A stretch of DNA of 40,982 bases from Bacilli bacterium (GCA_034116505.1 JAXERM010000047.1:1-40982), one strand, 5' to 3'. Positions 18,954 to 28,931 are shown, counted from the first letter of the stretch. The notes: generated from the sequence alone by a model not told the origin. Program-made: numbers and translations.

Positions 18954-21704
18954 ATGAAAAAATTAAAATTTATTACTTTATCTTTAGCTCTCGCAACTTC
19001 TGTATTAACTGGTTGTAACACTAATAAAGAAGGACCAGGAAAAAATGTTATCAGTAAATACACATACGATAACACTGATTACAGTAATATGGAGGATGCA
19101 GAAGTAACAACAGTGCGTTTCTATTATCATAGAAATGATAACACTGACGGTACTTACTCTTGTTATCAAAATTATCGTGTTTATATCTGGGATCCAATCA
19201 ATGGTGGAGCAGGAAAATTCTATGATTTTGATAAATATAATTCCTATGGTGTATTTAAAGATATTGTTCTTGATGAAAAATTTCCAAATGTTGATGTCAC
19301 TAGATTAGGATTCCTTATCACAACAGAAAGTTGGAATAAAGACGTATCTGAAGACCGCTTTGTGGACATCTCTGAAGTCGATCACGGTGGTGTTCAAACA
19401 TTATATTTAAGAACAGGAGACGCAAAGATTTTTGATAATCCAAAAACCGCTATGAAATCTAACATTAAATACGCTCGTTTAGTTAATGATAACCAAATTT
19501 CATTAATCATCAACGCTTTTGAGAAAAAAACAAAGATGGTTACTAAAAACATCTCTGTAAAAGTTAATGGTGAACCAATTAAAATCAGTGTGGAAGATAA
19601 ATCGACTACTAAAGCAGTACAAGCGATGATCACTCTTCCTAATCCAATCAACATTCGCGATATTTATGAAGTTTCTTATAAATTTGATAGTGAATGGACT
19701 GACACAGTTAACTTATTGTATACAACATATTTTGATAGTGAATCATTCAAAAATAATTACGGATATGAAGGTAATGATTTAGGTGTTTCATTTAACGATG
19801 TGGAAAACGTCACATTAACCACATTTAAAGTTTGGGCTCCAACTTCTAAAAAGATGGTGTTAAGAATTTATAATACTGGCGATTATCTAAACGATCGTAC
19901 ACCAACTCAAGAAGTGGAGATGACAATCGGCGAAAAAGGTGTTTGGTCCGCTGCAATTAATGGTGACTTATCTGGTAAATATTACACATATGTTGTTACA
20001 AACTCTGCGGGCACAAATGAAGTCGTTGACCCATACGCAAAAAGCGCGGGGGTTAACGGCCGTAGAGGTATGGTGGTTAATTTCCATCAATTAAATAAAA
20101 CTATCGCGGGATGGAGCGAAGACGTCCGTCCAGATTATGGTAATAATCCAGTTGACGGCTCCATTTATGAAATGCATGTTCGTGATATGACTATTAACCC
20201 TAACAGTGGTGTTTCTACAAATAATCGCGGAAAATTCTTAGGTTTAACCGAAGAAGGCACAACCCATGAAAAAGATGGTGTCACAGTTAAAACTGGTTTA
20301 GATCATTTAAAAGAATTAGGTATTACCCATGTACAAATTCTTCCATTCTATGATTATTCCAGCGTGGATGAATCATTAGATAACAAAAATATGTCTGATG
20401 AGAATTATAACTGGGGTTATGATCCACAAAACTACAACGTTTTAGAAGGTAGTTATTCCACTAATCCAAACGATGGTTTAGTCCGTATTAGAGAATTTAA
20501 ACAAATGGTTATGGCGTTACATAAAGCTGGTATCGGCATCAATATGGACGTTGTTTATAACCATACATCCTCATATTCTAATTCTAATTTTGAATTATTA
20601 GTTCCTTATTATTATCATCGTACACAAACTAATGGCACACCATTCAATGGTAGTGGTTGTGGTAATGAAATGGCGTCTAACCGTTTTATGTGCCGTAAAT
20701 TCATCGTCGATTCCATTAAATTCTGGCTCGATGAATATCACTTATCTGGTTTCCGCTTCGACTTAATGGGCTTATTAGATAACCAAACAATGATCGATAT
20801 TTATAAAGCTAGTAAAGCTATCTACGATAAAGTGATGGTCTATGGTGAACCATGGTGTGGTGGAACAACACAATTAGTTGGAACATTTGATCCAAATAAA
20901 TTAGATACTCAAAGAACAGAAAAAACATCAATTAACCAGCCATATTTTGCTGGTAGTGGCAATTATGTTGGTGCATTTAACGATGTGATTAGAAACGCTT
21001 TACGTGGCGATAACAATCCTACCGAAGGATATGTGCAAGCTGGTTTAAGTGCTTCTTCAATCGTCGCTGGTATGAAAGGAACAATTAATGCTGGTGAAGT
21101 GAACGTTTCTCCAGAACAAGTTATCAATTATGTTTCTTGCCACGATAACTACACATTATATGACCAATTGATTCAAACTAATAAACGTAATCGTGCTTTC
21201 AATGTAATGTATACACAAGCTGATGCGGTGGTGTTCACCTCTCAAGGTGTGCCATTCATGCAAGAAGGCGAAGACTTCTTAAGAAGTAAAGATTATATCG
21301 ATAAAGACAATAAAAAAGTCTATAGCCACAATTCATATAATGTTGGCGATAACATCAATGATATGGATTATGACTTAAAAGTTGATAATATAGATGTCTT
21401 CAATAATTTTAAAGCATTGATCAATGCACGTAAAAATACTCCGGAATTACGTTTAGCTTCTCGTAATGATATCAATGAGAAAGTCACTGCTTCTTCTTCA
21501 GGAACAGATTTAAAAATGGAGATCAGAGGCTTAAACGGTAATGGTGATGTATTAGTTTTACATTCCTTTAATGGTCAACAAGTCACTTTAGATGGAGAAT
21601 ATGAAGTGATTTATTATAACGCTGATATTTCAAGAATCGGCGGCACTGTTAGTGGTACTTTATCAATTCCTGCTAATGGTTCTTATGTCTTAAGACATAA
21701 ATAA
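18954..21704 (+). CDS. pulA: Lipoprotein type I pullulanase (GH13 debranching enzyme) with N-terminal CBM41/CBM48-like modules
   Basis: Lipobox SVLTGC. VRFYYHRNDNTDGTY...YIWDP is CBM41-like. YNWGYDPQNY, MDVVYNHT, GFRFDLMG, YGEPW and YVSCHDN are present. AAGGAG RBS. Confidence 0.92.
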   Translation: MKKLKFITLSLALATSVLTGCNTNKEGPGKNVISKYTYDNTDYSNMEDAEVTTVRFYYHRNDNTDGTYSCYQNYRVYIWDPINGGAGKFYDFDKYNSYGVFKDIVLDEKFPNVDVTRLGFLITTESWNKDVSEDRFVDISEVDHGGVQTLYLRTGDAKIFDNPKTAMKSNIKYARLVNDNQISLIINAFEKKTKMVTKNISVKVNGEPIKISVEDKSTTKAVQAMITLPNPINIRDIYEVSYKFDSEWTDTVNLLYTTYFDSESFKNNYGYEGNDLGVSFNDVENVTLTTFKVWAPTSKKMVLRIYNTGDYLNDRTPTQEVEMTIGEKGVWSAAINGDLSGKYYTYVVTNSAGTNEVVDPYAKSAGVNGRRGMVVNFHQLNKTIAGWSEDVRPDYGNNPVDGSIYEMHVRDMTINPNSGVSTNNRGKFLGLTEEGTTHEKDGVTVKTGLDHLKELGITHVQILPFYDYSSVDESLDNKNMSDENYNWGYDPQNYNVLEGSYSTNPNDGLVRIREFKQMVMALHKAGIGINMDVVYNHTSSYSNSNFELLVPYYYHRTQTNGTPFNGSGCGNEMASNRFMCRKFIVDSIKFWLDEYHLSGFRFDLMGLLDNQTMIDIYKASKAIYDKVMVYGEPWCGGTTQLVGTFDPNKLDTQRTEKTSINQPYFAGSGNYVGAFNDVIRNALRGDNNPTEGYVQAGLSASSIVAGMKGTINAGEVNVSPEQVINYVSCHDNYTLYDQLIQTNKRNRAFNVMYTQADAVVFTSQGVPFMQEGEDFLRSKDYIDKDNKKVYSHNSYNVGDNINDMDYDLKVDNIDVFNNFKALINARKNTPELRLASRNDINEKVTASSSGTDLKMEIRGLNGNGDVLVLHSFNGQQVTLDGEYEVIYYNADISRIGGTVSGTLSIPANGSYVLRHK

Positions 21705-21709
21705 AAATT

Positions 21710-22144
21710 ATGAGAAGAAATTATCGGCCAATAAATACAAACCGGACACATGGCAAGAAAGGAATTATTATCTTCGCAATTATTAGTTTCTTCCTCTCCC
21801 TTGGTGTCGCAATATTATTTGTCATATTAAAAAATGAGAATGTATTCTTCCGTTGGTTTGCCATTATTGCCGGTTCTTTCTTTGCTATCTTGTCCTTAAT
21901 TGTCTTGTTAATTCATACAACTGTATATTTAGAAATTAAGGATAATAACCTTGTTTACCATCGCTTCTTTGTCAAAAAGACAATCGCATGTAAACAAATT
22001 AAAAAATTAGTGTATAACAGTGGATCTTACGCTTTATATCTAGACAATGATCAGCTCTTATTTGTCATCGATTCTAGCGACGTCGGTGCACAAACAATCT
22101 TATCGTTCCTAGAAAAGCATAAAGTCCAAGCTGTTTACAAATAA
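21710..22144 (+). CDS. Small membrane protein of unknown function (2 TM plus a soluble C-terminal domain)
   Basis: 144 aa with two clear hydrophobic helices, then a ~75-aa soluble tail. No obvious SD. ATG lies 5 nt after the pullulanase stop, so translation is possibly coupled. Confidence 0.55.
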   Translation: MRRNYRPINTNRTHGKKGIIIFAIISFFLSLGVAILFVILKNENVFFRWFAIIAGSFFAILSLIVLLIHTTVYLEIKDNNLVYHRFFVKKTIACKQIKKLVYNSGSYALYLDNDQLLFVIDSSDVGAQTILSFLEKHKVQAVYK

Positions 22145-22160
22145 AAAATGGAGGCTAAAT

Positions 22161-24035
22161 ATGGCTAGTTTAAAATTAAGTCACATTTATAAGGTCTACG
22201 ATAACGGTCACAAGGCTGTTAATGATTTCTCTATCGATATTGAAGATAAAGAATTCATTGTTTTCGTCGGTCCTTCTGGATGTGGTAAGTCAACAACTCT
22301 TCGTATGATTGCCGGCCTTGAAAAAATTACTGCTGGTGACTTATTCATTGGCGATACACTCGTCAACGATGTCATGCCAAAAGACCGCGATATCGCAATG
22401 GTCTTCCAAAACTACGCTTTATATCCACATATGAGCGTATACGAAAATATGGCATTCGGTTTAAGAAATCGTCACATTCCAGAAGAAGAAATTAAGGCCA
22501 AAGTCGAAGAGGCAGCAAGAATTTTAGGCATTACCGAATATTTAGATCGTAAACCAAAAGCTATGTCTGGTGGTCAAAGACAACGTGTGGCTTTAGGTAG
22601 AGCGATTGTTCGCGAACCAAAAGTATTCTTGCTCGACGAACCTTTAAGTAACTTAGACGCAAAATTAAGAGCGCAGATGAGAACTGAAATTTCTAAGTTA
22701 CACAAAAAACTTCAAACAACATTCATCTATGTTACCCACGACCAAGTCGAAGCTATGACAATGGGTACTAGAATCGTTGTTATGAAACTCGGATTTGTAC
22801 AACAAATTGACACACCAATGAATTTGTACAACCACCCTTACAATAAATTTGTCGCTGGATTTATTGGCACACCACAAATGAACTTCTTCGACGCTACACT
22901 CAAACGCGAGGGCGATGTCGTTAAAGCAACATTACCTGGTGGATGCTCTATTTCTGTTCCTTTTGAAACATTATCAAAAGTGCATACAGACTACTTACAA
23001 GGTGAAAAACCAGTCATATTTGGTATTAGACCTGATCACCTCGTTATTTCTAAAAAGAAAACACCTTTATATTGCCACGTCAATATCGTTGAACATTTAG
23101 GCAATGAATGCATTATTTATGCAGGATTAGGTGAATCTAATGAAGAACAATTAGTGGATCAAGAAAACCAAATCATTATTAAAGTGAAAGAAGGTACACC
23201 GGTTGAACAAGGTGATACTTTATATCTCGATGTTGATGTCGATAGAATTCACTTATTCGATAAAGAAACAGAAATCACTCTCATGAGAGATATTCCTGAT
23301 TATTCTAAAGTTCCTGCCACTGTCAAAGAAGATAAGATGACTGTCTTTGGTAAGAAAGTGACAATGAACCCTGTTTATTGTTCTAAATTATCAATGGATG
23401 TGGATTTAGAAATTCCTCCACATGCATTTATTCCTGGCAAAGATTTTACTTTACCAGTCCATCGTGTTGAAAATGTTAATGGCCAACATTTAGCGTATTT
23501 AAATTACGAAGATCGTTACGTTTTCGCACTTGTCGATGAAAATGTTAAAGAAGGCGATAAATATTCCTTCTCCTTAGCGTATGACCAAATCAAAGTAATC
23601 GATAATGATGATAATGTTGTCTTAGAACCAATCGGTAAAGACGAACACTTCATCGGTAGATTCTCTAAACACGAATATCATGAAGATCGTGAAAGAGTTA
23701 TCGACTTCAATTATCATATCGATGATTTAGTTGTAGCCGCTCCAAGAGTTAATGGTTTTAAAATTAACCAAGTGGAAGGCAATAACTGCTATAAGAAAAA
23801 TTATCGTTATGTCATCGACCGCGATTTAATCAATGTCAGTAAAGAAGGCGAAGGCTTATTAGCTACAGTCACTGATGTTTTAGATTATGGTAATCGTGTA
23901 TACGCGATGGTACAAGCAAACGGACACGAATTACTCGTTAATTATGACCGCGAATTAGGAACCGACTTAGTTCTTAATGTAAATGGTGAAGATATCGCTG
24001 TTTACCAAATGGAAATTGATATGAGGATTTGCTAA
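22161..24035 (+). CDS. MalK/MsmX-type sugar ABC transporter ATP-binding protein with a ~250-aa C-terminal extension
   Basis: Walker A GPSGCGKST, Q-loop, signature MSGGQRQRV, Walker B VFLLDEPLS, H-loop VTHDQ. The canonical regulatory domain ends near DRIHLFDKETE (aa ~370), but the ORF runs to aa 624. GGAGG RBS. Confidence 0.9.
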   Translation: MASLKLSHIYKVYDNGHKAVNDFSIDIEDKEFIVFVGPSGCGKSTTLRMIAGLEKITAGDLFIGDTLVNDVMPKDRDIAMVFQNYALYPHMSVYENMAFGLRNRHIPEEEIKAKVEEAARILGITEYLDRKPKAMSGGQRQRVALGRAIVREPKVFLLDEPLSNLDAKLRAQMRTEISKLHKKLQTTFIYVTHDQVEAMTMGTRIVVMKLGFVQQIDTPMNLYNHPYNKFVAGFIGTPQMNFFDATLKREGDVVKATLPGGCSISVPFETLSKVHTDYLQGEKPVIFGIRPDHLVISKKKTPLYCHVNIVEHLGNECIIYAGLGESNEEQLVDQENQIIIKVKEGTPVEQGDTLYLDVDVDRIHLFDKETEITLMRDIPDYSKVPATVKEDKMTVFGKKVTMNPVYCSKLSMDVDLEIPPHAFIPGKDFTLPVHRVENVNGQHLAYLNYEDRYVFALVDENVKEGDKYSFSLAYDQIKVIDNDDNVVLEPIGKDEHFIGRFSKHEYHEDRERVIDFNYHIDDLVVAAPRVNGFKINQVEGNNCYKKNYRYVIDRDLINVSKEGEGLLATVTDVLDYGNRVYAMVQANGHELLVNYDRELGTDLVLNVNGEDIAVYQMEIDMRIC

Positions 24036-24037
24036 TT

Positions 24038-24802
24038 ATGCAAAAGATTGTCTCTAGCGAAGAAAAAGTCGATATTTATCCCGTGCAAAAAGCGAATTTT
24101 ATCTCTCGTTTTTTAGCTATTTTAGTGGATACTTTAATCATATTTTTCGGTGGATTTTTAATCTCAATGTTATTATTCTCCACTCCGGTAGCAGACAATT
24201 ATAATGCATATTATAATCGAGCGTTTGATATTCAAGATAAATATAAAATTGAAACGGGATATGGATATAAATCATATATTTCTGACGATAATCCATTACC
24301 GAACAATTATATTCTTCATGAAGATGAAACCGGAAAATATTATGTCAAAAATCATGATGAAATAAGCGATGAAATAAAAACAGCATGGCTTAATTTATTA
24401 AATAATGACCAAGAATATAAAGATGTAACATTCTATGGTAAATTACATGGTTATGCGATTTATTTATTATCCGGACTAATCGTTATTACAATTAATTCGC
24501 TCATTATTCCTCTTACCAATAAACGTCGTGCTTCACTAGGTAGATTGCTCGCTCACGCGCGTTTAATCAATCCTAAATATTATGGTGAGGCTAAATGGTA
24601 TAACGTCTTATTCCGTTATTTATGGGTAGTGATTATTGATTTCGCTCTTCCATTTTACGCTTTAGGACAATTCGCAGTAATTGTGGCCCCATTATTAATC
24701 TTGTTAGTGGCGGGTTTAAATAAAAAGACTGGCCGCGCAGTGATTGATTACATCAGTGGCACAATGCTCGTACCATATGAGAAAAACGACAAAATTGATT
24801 AA
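24038..24802 (+). CDS. RDD-family-like integral membrane protein
   Basis: The N-terminal FISRFLAILVDTLIIFFGGFLI resembles the RDD-domain signature, and several TM helices follow. I prefer ATG 24038, 8 nt after GAGGAT, over TTG 24029. Confidence 0.55.
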   Translation: MQKIVSSEEKVDIYPVQKANFISRFLAILVDTLIIFFGGFLISMLLFSTPVADNYNAYYNRAFDIQDKYKIETGYGYKSYISDDNPLPNNYILHEDETGKYYVKNHDEISDEIKTAWLNLLNNDQEYKDVTFYGKLHGYAIYLLSGLIVITINSLIIPLTNKRRASLGRLLAHARLINPKYYGEAKWYNVLFRYLWVVIIDFALPFYALGQFAVIVAPLLILLVAGLNKKTGRAVIDYISGTMLVPYEKNDKID

Positions 24803-24832
24803 TTAAAAATCATATGAAAGGAAAAAAATAAA

Positions 24833-26218
24833 ATGAAAACTCCAAAATTATTAGTTACATTAGGCGTTTGTTGTTCTGCAATTGCAGCACTTGCTGCATG
24901 TAATTCAACTCCAACAATTTCTATTTGGGTTGGTGATGAATCAGCTGCTTTCTATCAACAAAAAGCCGAAGCCTTTATCGCTGAAAATTATGAAGGCAAA
25001 TATAAAATTAAAGTTACAGGTACCGATGTCGGTTCTATCGCTGGCACATTAACTCAAGATATCTCCGCTTGTGCAGATATTTATACAGTTGCTCACGATA
25101 ATATCGGTAAATTAGTTGAAAAATCCTGTGCACGTCCATTATTAGACGAAAGTTTAACTGCACAAATTGCTGCTGATAATAAAGAAGTATTTGTTAAAGC
25201 AGTTAAAGCAAAACCACAAGGCGCAGATCAAGAATATATCTTTGCTGCACCTTACATTTCTCAAGCTTTATTCCTCTATTACAATAAGGCTAAAGTCACT
25301 GCTGAAGAAGCAAAGACATTTGAAGGTTTACAAGCCGCTGCTGTAAGATCTGCTACAGAATCCGGAAAAGAAGTTAAAGGCGTTACTGTTACTGGTACTG
25401 ATGGTTATAACTTCTCCTTTACTACATTAGCAACCAAAGCTGACGACCACTCTACTAGTGTTAAAATCTATGAAGGTGGTAATAGAAATACTGGTTCTTG
25501 TTGGTTCCAAGGCGAAGATACAATCGCTACTGCACAATGGGCACAACGTTATTTCGGCGATAAAAATGGTGGTGCATTCCCATCAAGTGCTGGTTGGGCT
25601 GTCGATTTACAAAATGGTGCAGTTCTTTCCGTTGTCGGTGGTGCATGGCATTATAATGCTGCTCAAGCAAGCTTAGGTGATTCCAATTTAGGTATTACTG
25701 TTTTACCAACATTTACATTAACTGCTGCTGATGTTAAAGATACAACATTCCCTGCAAATACAGTGATGCAAGCTGGTTCATTCGTTGACTGCAAAGTCTT
25801 GATGATCAACTCTAAAATCAAAAATAGTAAATATGCTGTCGCACAAGACTTAATTAAATACTTAACTTCTAAAGATGTTCAAAACCTTTCATTCAAAGAA
25901 TGTAGAAACGTTCCTGCTTATGATGGTGCTTCTACATACATTGAATCTATCGCAAGTGAGCTTCCTGCTACCGTGGTCGATTTAGCAAAAGCACAAACTG
26001 GTGCATACGGCATTCCTCAACCATTCGTCTCTGGTTTATTAAATACTTTCTTCTATTCCAAGAAAGCTCCAGAAGCATACGTTGATATGTGTAAAAATGA
26101 AAGTGGTTTATTCTCTACAACTAGAGCAGTAAGAGAACTCTGCTACAAAGTTCAATATATCTGGCAAAAAGGTTTAAACCCAGAAACATATCCAGAAAAT
26201 CTTCCTGCAGAAATCTAA
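24833..26218 (+). CDS. Sugar (maltodextrin-type) ABC transporter substrate-binding lipoprotein
   Basis: Lipobox ALAAC. 461 aa with MalE-like organisation (ISIWVGDES..., AHDNIGKL, GGAWHY). Confidence 0.85.
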   Translation: MKTPKLLVTLGVCCSAIAALAACNSTPTISIWVGDESAAFYQQKAEAFIAENYEGKYKIKVTGTDVGSIAGTLTQDISACADIYTVAHDNIGKLVEKSCARPLLDESLTAQIAADNKEVFVKAVKAKPQGADQEYIFAAPYISQALFLYYNKAKVTAEEAKTFEGLQAAAVRSATESGKEVKGVTVTGTDGYNFSFTTLATKADDHSTSVKIYEGGNRNTGSCWFQGEDTIATAQWAQRYFGDKNGGAFPSSAGWAVDLQNGAVLSVVGGAWHYNAAQASLGDSNLGITVLPTFTLTAADVKDTTFPANTVMQAGSFVDCKVLMINSKIKNSKYAVAQDLIKYLTSKDVQNLSFKECRNVPAYDGASTYIESIASELPATVVDLAKAQTGAYGIPQPFVSGLLNTFFYSKKAPEAYVDMCKNESGLFSTTRAVRELCYKVQYIWQKGLNPETYPENLPAEI

Positions 26219-26238
26219 TATTGATTTGGAGTTAATTT

Positions 26239-27696
26239 ATGAAAAAAATAAATAAAAAGAGAACTCCAATCCGCCAAGTTTTTGCCAATATACTAAGCGC
26301 AATTGTAAGTCCATTTAAAAGGATTCATGCGCGCTTCGTTGATGGCAGCAATGGAACAAGGTTGTCGCACTTTATCTTCGGTGCTGGTAACTTTTTCCAC
26401 GGCCAAATAGTCAAAGGGATTATTTATTTATTATTACAAATCGCCCTTATTTGCTTCATGGTATTTTGTCCAGAAGTCAATGGCACACCATTTGGTTATA
26501 AAGCATTAGCAAATTTAGCATTAAAAGGTCAAGAAGGGGGTTTTGATCCTATTACTGGTAGTATTCTTTCTCCTTCTGACAGTAAATTGATGCTCTTATT
26601 CGGTATTGTTACTATTATTGCTATCGTTCTATATTTCTATATTTGGAACAGCAATATTCAAAGTTCTTTCTTAGCTGATAAAGCTGTTAAAGAAGGTAAA
26701 AAACCAACATCAATTAAAGATGATTTTAATGCATTATTAGACGATCGTTTCCATATCTTGATGTTAACACCAACCGTTTTAGCAGCATTGGTGTTTACCA
26801 TCATTCCTACTATCTTCATGATCTGTTTAGCGTTTACAACCTATAACGAACCAGACATGGCATCAGAAGGTACTAAATTATTCCACTGGAGCGGATTTAA
26901 TAACTTCAGTTATATCTTCTCTGGTAAAACATCACTTGGTAACGAAATTAAACTCAGATTCTTCCCTGTCCTTGGTTGGACATTTATCTGGGCAATATTT
27001 GCTACAGTTACTTGTTATTTTGGCGGGATTTTACTCGCGATTCTCATTAACAAAAAAGGCATTAAAGGTAAAAAGATTTTCCGTACAATTTTTATCTTAA
27101 CTATTGCCATTCCACAATTCATTTCCTTATTAGCAATGCGTAATTTACTTTCCTCTCAAGGTCCAGTGAATTCCATTCTCTATTCATTATTCGGTACAAA
27201 GATTCCATTTTTAGGTCAAGAAGCGACCGGTAATAACCCAATATTAACTAAATTTATGGTTATTATAATCAACATGTGGGTTGGTATCCCATATACAATG
27301 TTGATGACATCTGGTATCTTAATGAATATTCCTAGCGATTTATATGAAGCTGCAACTGTCGATGGCGCTTCTAAGACAAAGATGTTTTTCAAGATCACTC
27401 TTCCTTACGTCATCTTCATTACTACTCCATATTTAATCTCTTCCTTTATCGGTAACATCAACTCGTTCAACACTATCTTCTTATTAACTGGTGGTGGACC
27501 TAGTGTTGTTGGTCAAACAACAGTAGCTGGTGAAACTGACTTATTAGTTACTTGGTTATATAAATTAACAATTGATAACCAAGAATATAATACCGGTGCG
27601 GTTATCGGTATCTTGACATTTATGATTACTTCGGTATTAACCTTAATCGCGTATCGAAATTCTAAAGCATATAAAGAGGAGGATACATTCCAATAA
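26239..27696 (+). CDS. MalF-type ABC transporter permease
   Basis: Multi-pass protein. EAA loop EAATVDGASKTKMFFKITLPYV. Confidence 0.85.
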   Translation: MKKINKKRTPIRQVFANILSAIVSPFKRIHARFVDGSNGTRLSHFIFGAGNFFHGQIVKGIIYLLLQIALICFMVFCPEVNGTPFGYKALANLALKGQEGGFDPITGSILSPSDSKLMLLFGIVTIIAIVLYFYIWNSNIQSSFLADKAVKEGKKPTSIKDDFNALLDDRFHILMLTPTVLAALVFTIIPTIFMICLAFTTYNEPDMASEGTKLFHWSGFNNFSYIFSGKTSLGNEIKLRFFPVLGWTFIWAIFATVTCYFGGILLAILINKKGIKGKKIFRTIFILTIAIPQFISLLAMRNLLSSQGPVNSILYSLFGTKIPFLGQEATGNNPILTKFMVIIINMWVGIPYTMLMTSGILMNIPSDLYEAATVDGASKTKMFFKITLPYVIFITTPYLISSFIGNINSFNTIFLLTGGGPSVVGQTTVAGETDLLVTWLYKLTIDNQEYNTGAVIGILTFMITSVLTLIAYRNSKAYKEEDTFQ

Positions 27697-28922
27697 TGCA
27701 ACTAACAAACGTTATCAAACTTATTGGCAAAGGCCAAAAGCCTGTTATCATCCAAGTTTCGGAAAAAGACTTTGAATATCTTTCTAACAAAAGAAATTTA
27801 AAAGGCAGTTTTAACCTTGCAGAAACTGATATTAAAGCAGGCGAACCATTATCTTTAGAATTTAATAAAGGTCAAGTAAATTTATCCGCGACATTAACCG
27901 CAAAATTAGTAGAAGAAATGGGCGCGAATGTAGAATTAACAACAATGGAATGTTGCTTATATTCTAGCGATGCTCAAATGTATGAAAATTATGAACATAA
28001 ATCCAATAAATCCGCACGCGGAAGCGAAATTCTTGGTAATGTCTTATCGTACATTCTTCTCGTTGTTTTAGCGCTTGTTTGGATTATCCCAATTTTATGG
28101 ATTGTCTTAAGTGCTTTTAGAACCCAAACCAATGTGGATGGTCAGTTAATCGGCACAGTCGTCTCTAACTACTTCCCAACCAAAATGGGTTTTGATAATT
28201 TCATCAATTTATTTAAACAGACGATGTATGGTGTGAAAAACGCATTCCCTAAATGGATGCTCAACACATTAATTGTCTCAGTCTTTGGCTGTGTTATCTC
28301 CACATTCTTAATTTTATCTGTCGCTTACTGTATGTCAAAATTAAGATTCAAAATGAGAAAAGCCTTTATGAACTTAACGATGATTTTAGGTTTATTCCCA
28401 GGCTTCATGTCCATGATTGCAATTTACTTCTTATTGAAGAGTATTCATTTAACTGGTTTTGGTGCTAGTGATGAAGCTTCATGGGTTTCTTTAATCGGAT
28501 TAACACTCGCTTATTCTGCTGGTGCAGGTATGGGCTTCCAAGTCGCGAAAGGTTTCTTCGACGTTTTGCCTTCATCTCTCGTCGAATCTGCCCGTCTCGA
28601 TGGTTGCTCTAACTTTAAGATCTTCACAAAGATCATCCTCCCACTTTCTAAGCCAATCATCATTTATACAGCCTTAACAAGCTTTACAGGCCCATGGATG
28701 GACTTCATCTTTGCTAAAGTCATCATTGGTGATGGCCACCCAGAATATTGGACTGTTTCCGTTGGTCTATATCAAATGCTTTACGGCGGTCAAGCGGACG
28801 TGAACTTATTCACACAATTCGCTGCCGGCTGCGTATGCGTTGCGATTCCAATTGTCACCTTATTCATGTTCTTACAAAAATATTACGTGGAAGGTGTTAC
28901 AGCCGGAGCGGTCAAAGGTTAA
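27696..28922 (+). CDS. MalG-type ABC transporter permease with a ~110-aa soluble N-terminal extension
   Basis: EAA loop ESARLDGCSNFKIFTKIILPLSKP. The first TM starts near aa 115. The start overlaps the malF-like stop (TAATG). No SD precedes the internal Met codons. Confidence 0.8.
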   Translation: MQLTNVIKLIGKGQKPVIIQVSEKDFEYLSNKRNLKGSFNLAETDIKAGEPLSLEFNKGQVNLSATLTAKLVEEMGANVELTTMECCLYSSDAQMYENYEHKSNKSARGSEILGNVLSYILLVVLALVWIIPILWIVLSAFRTQTNVDGQLIGTVVSNYFPTKMGFDNFINLFKQTMYGVKNAFPKWMLNTLIVSVFGCVISTFLILSVAYCMSKLRFKMRKAFMNLTMILGLFPGFMSMIAIYFLLKSIHLTGFGASDEASWVSLIGLTLAYSAGAGMGFQVAKGFFDVLPSSLVESARLDGCSNFKIFTKIILPLSKPIIIYTALTSFTGPWMDFIFAKVIIGDGHPEYWTVSVGLYQMLYGGQADVNLFTQFAAGCVCVAIPIVTLFMFLQKYYVEGVTAGAVKG

Positions 28923-28931
28923 TAACCTCAT

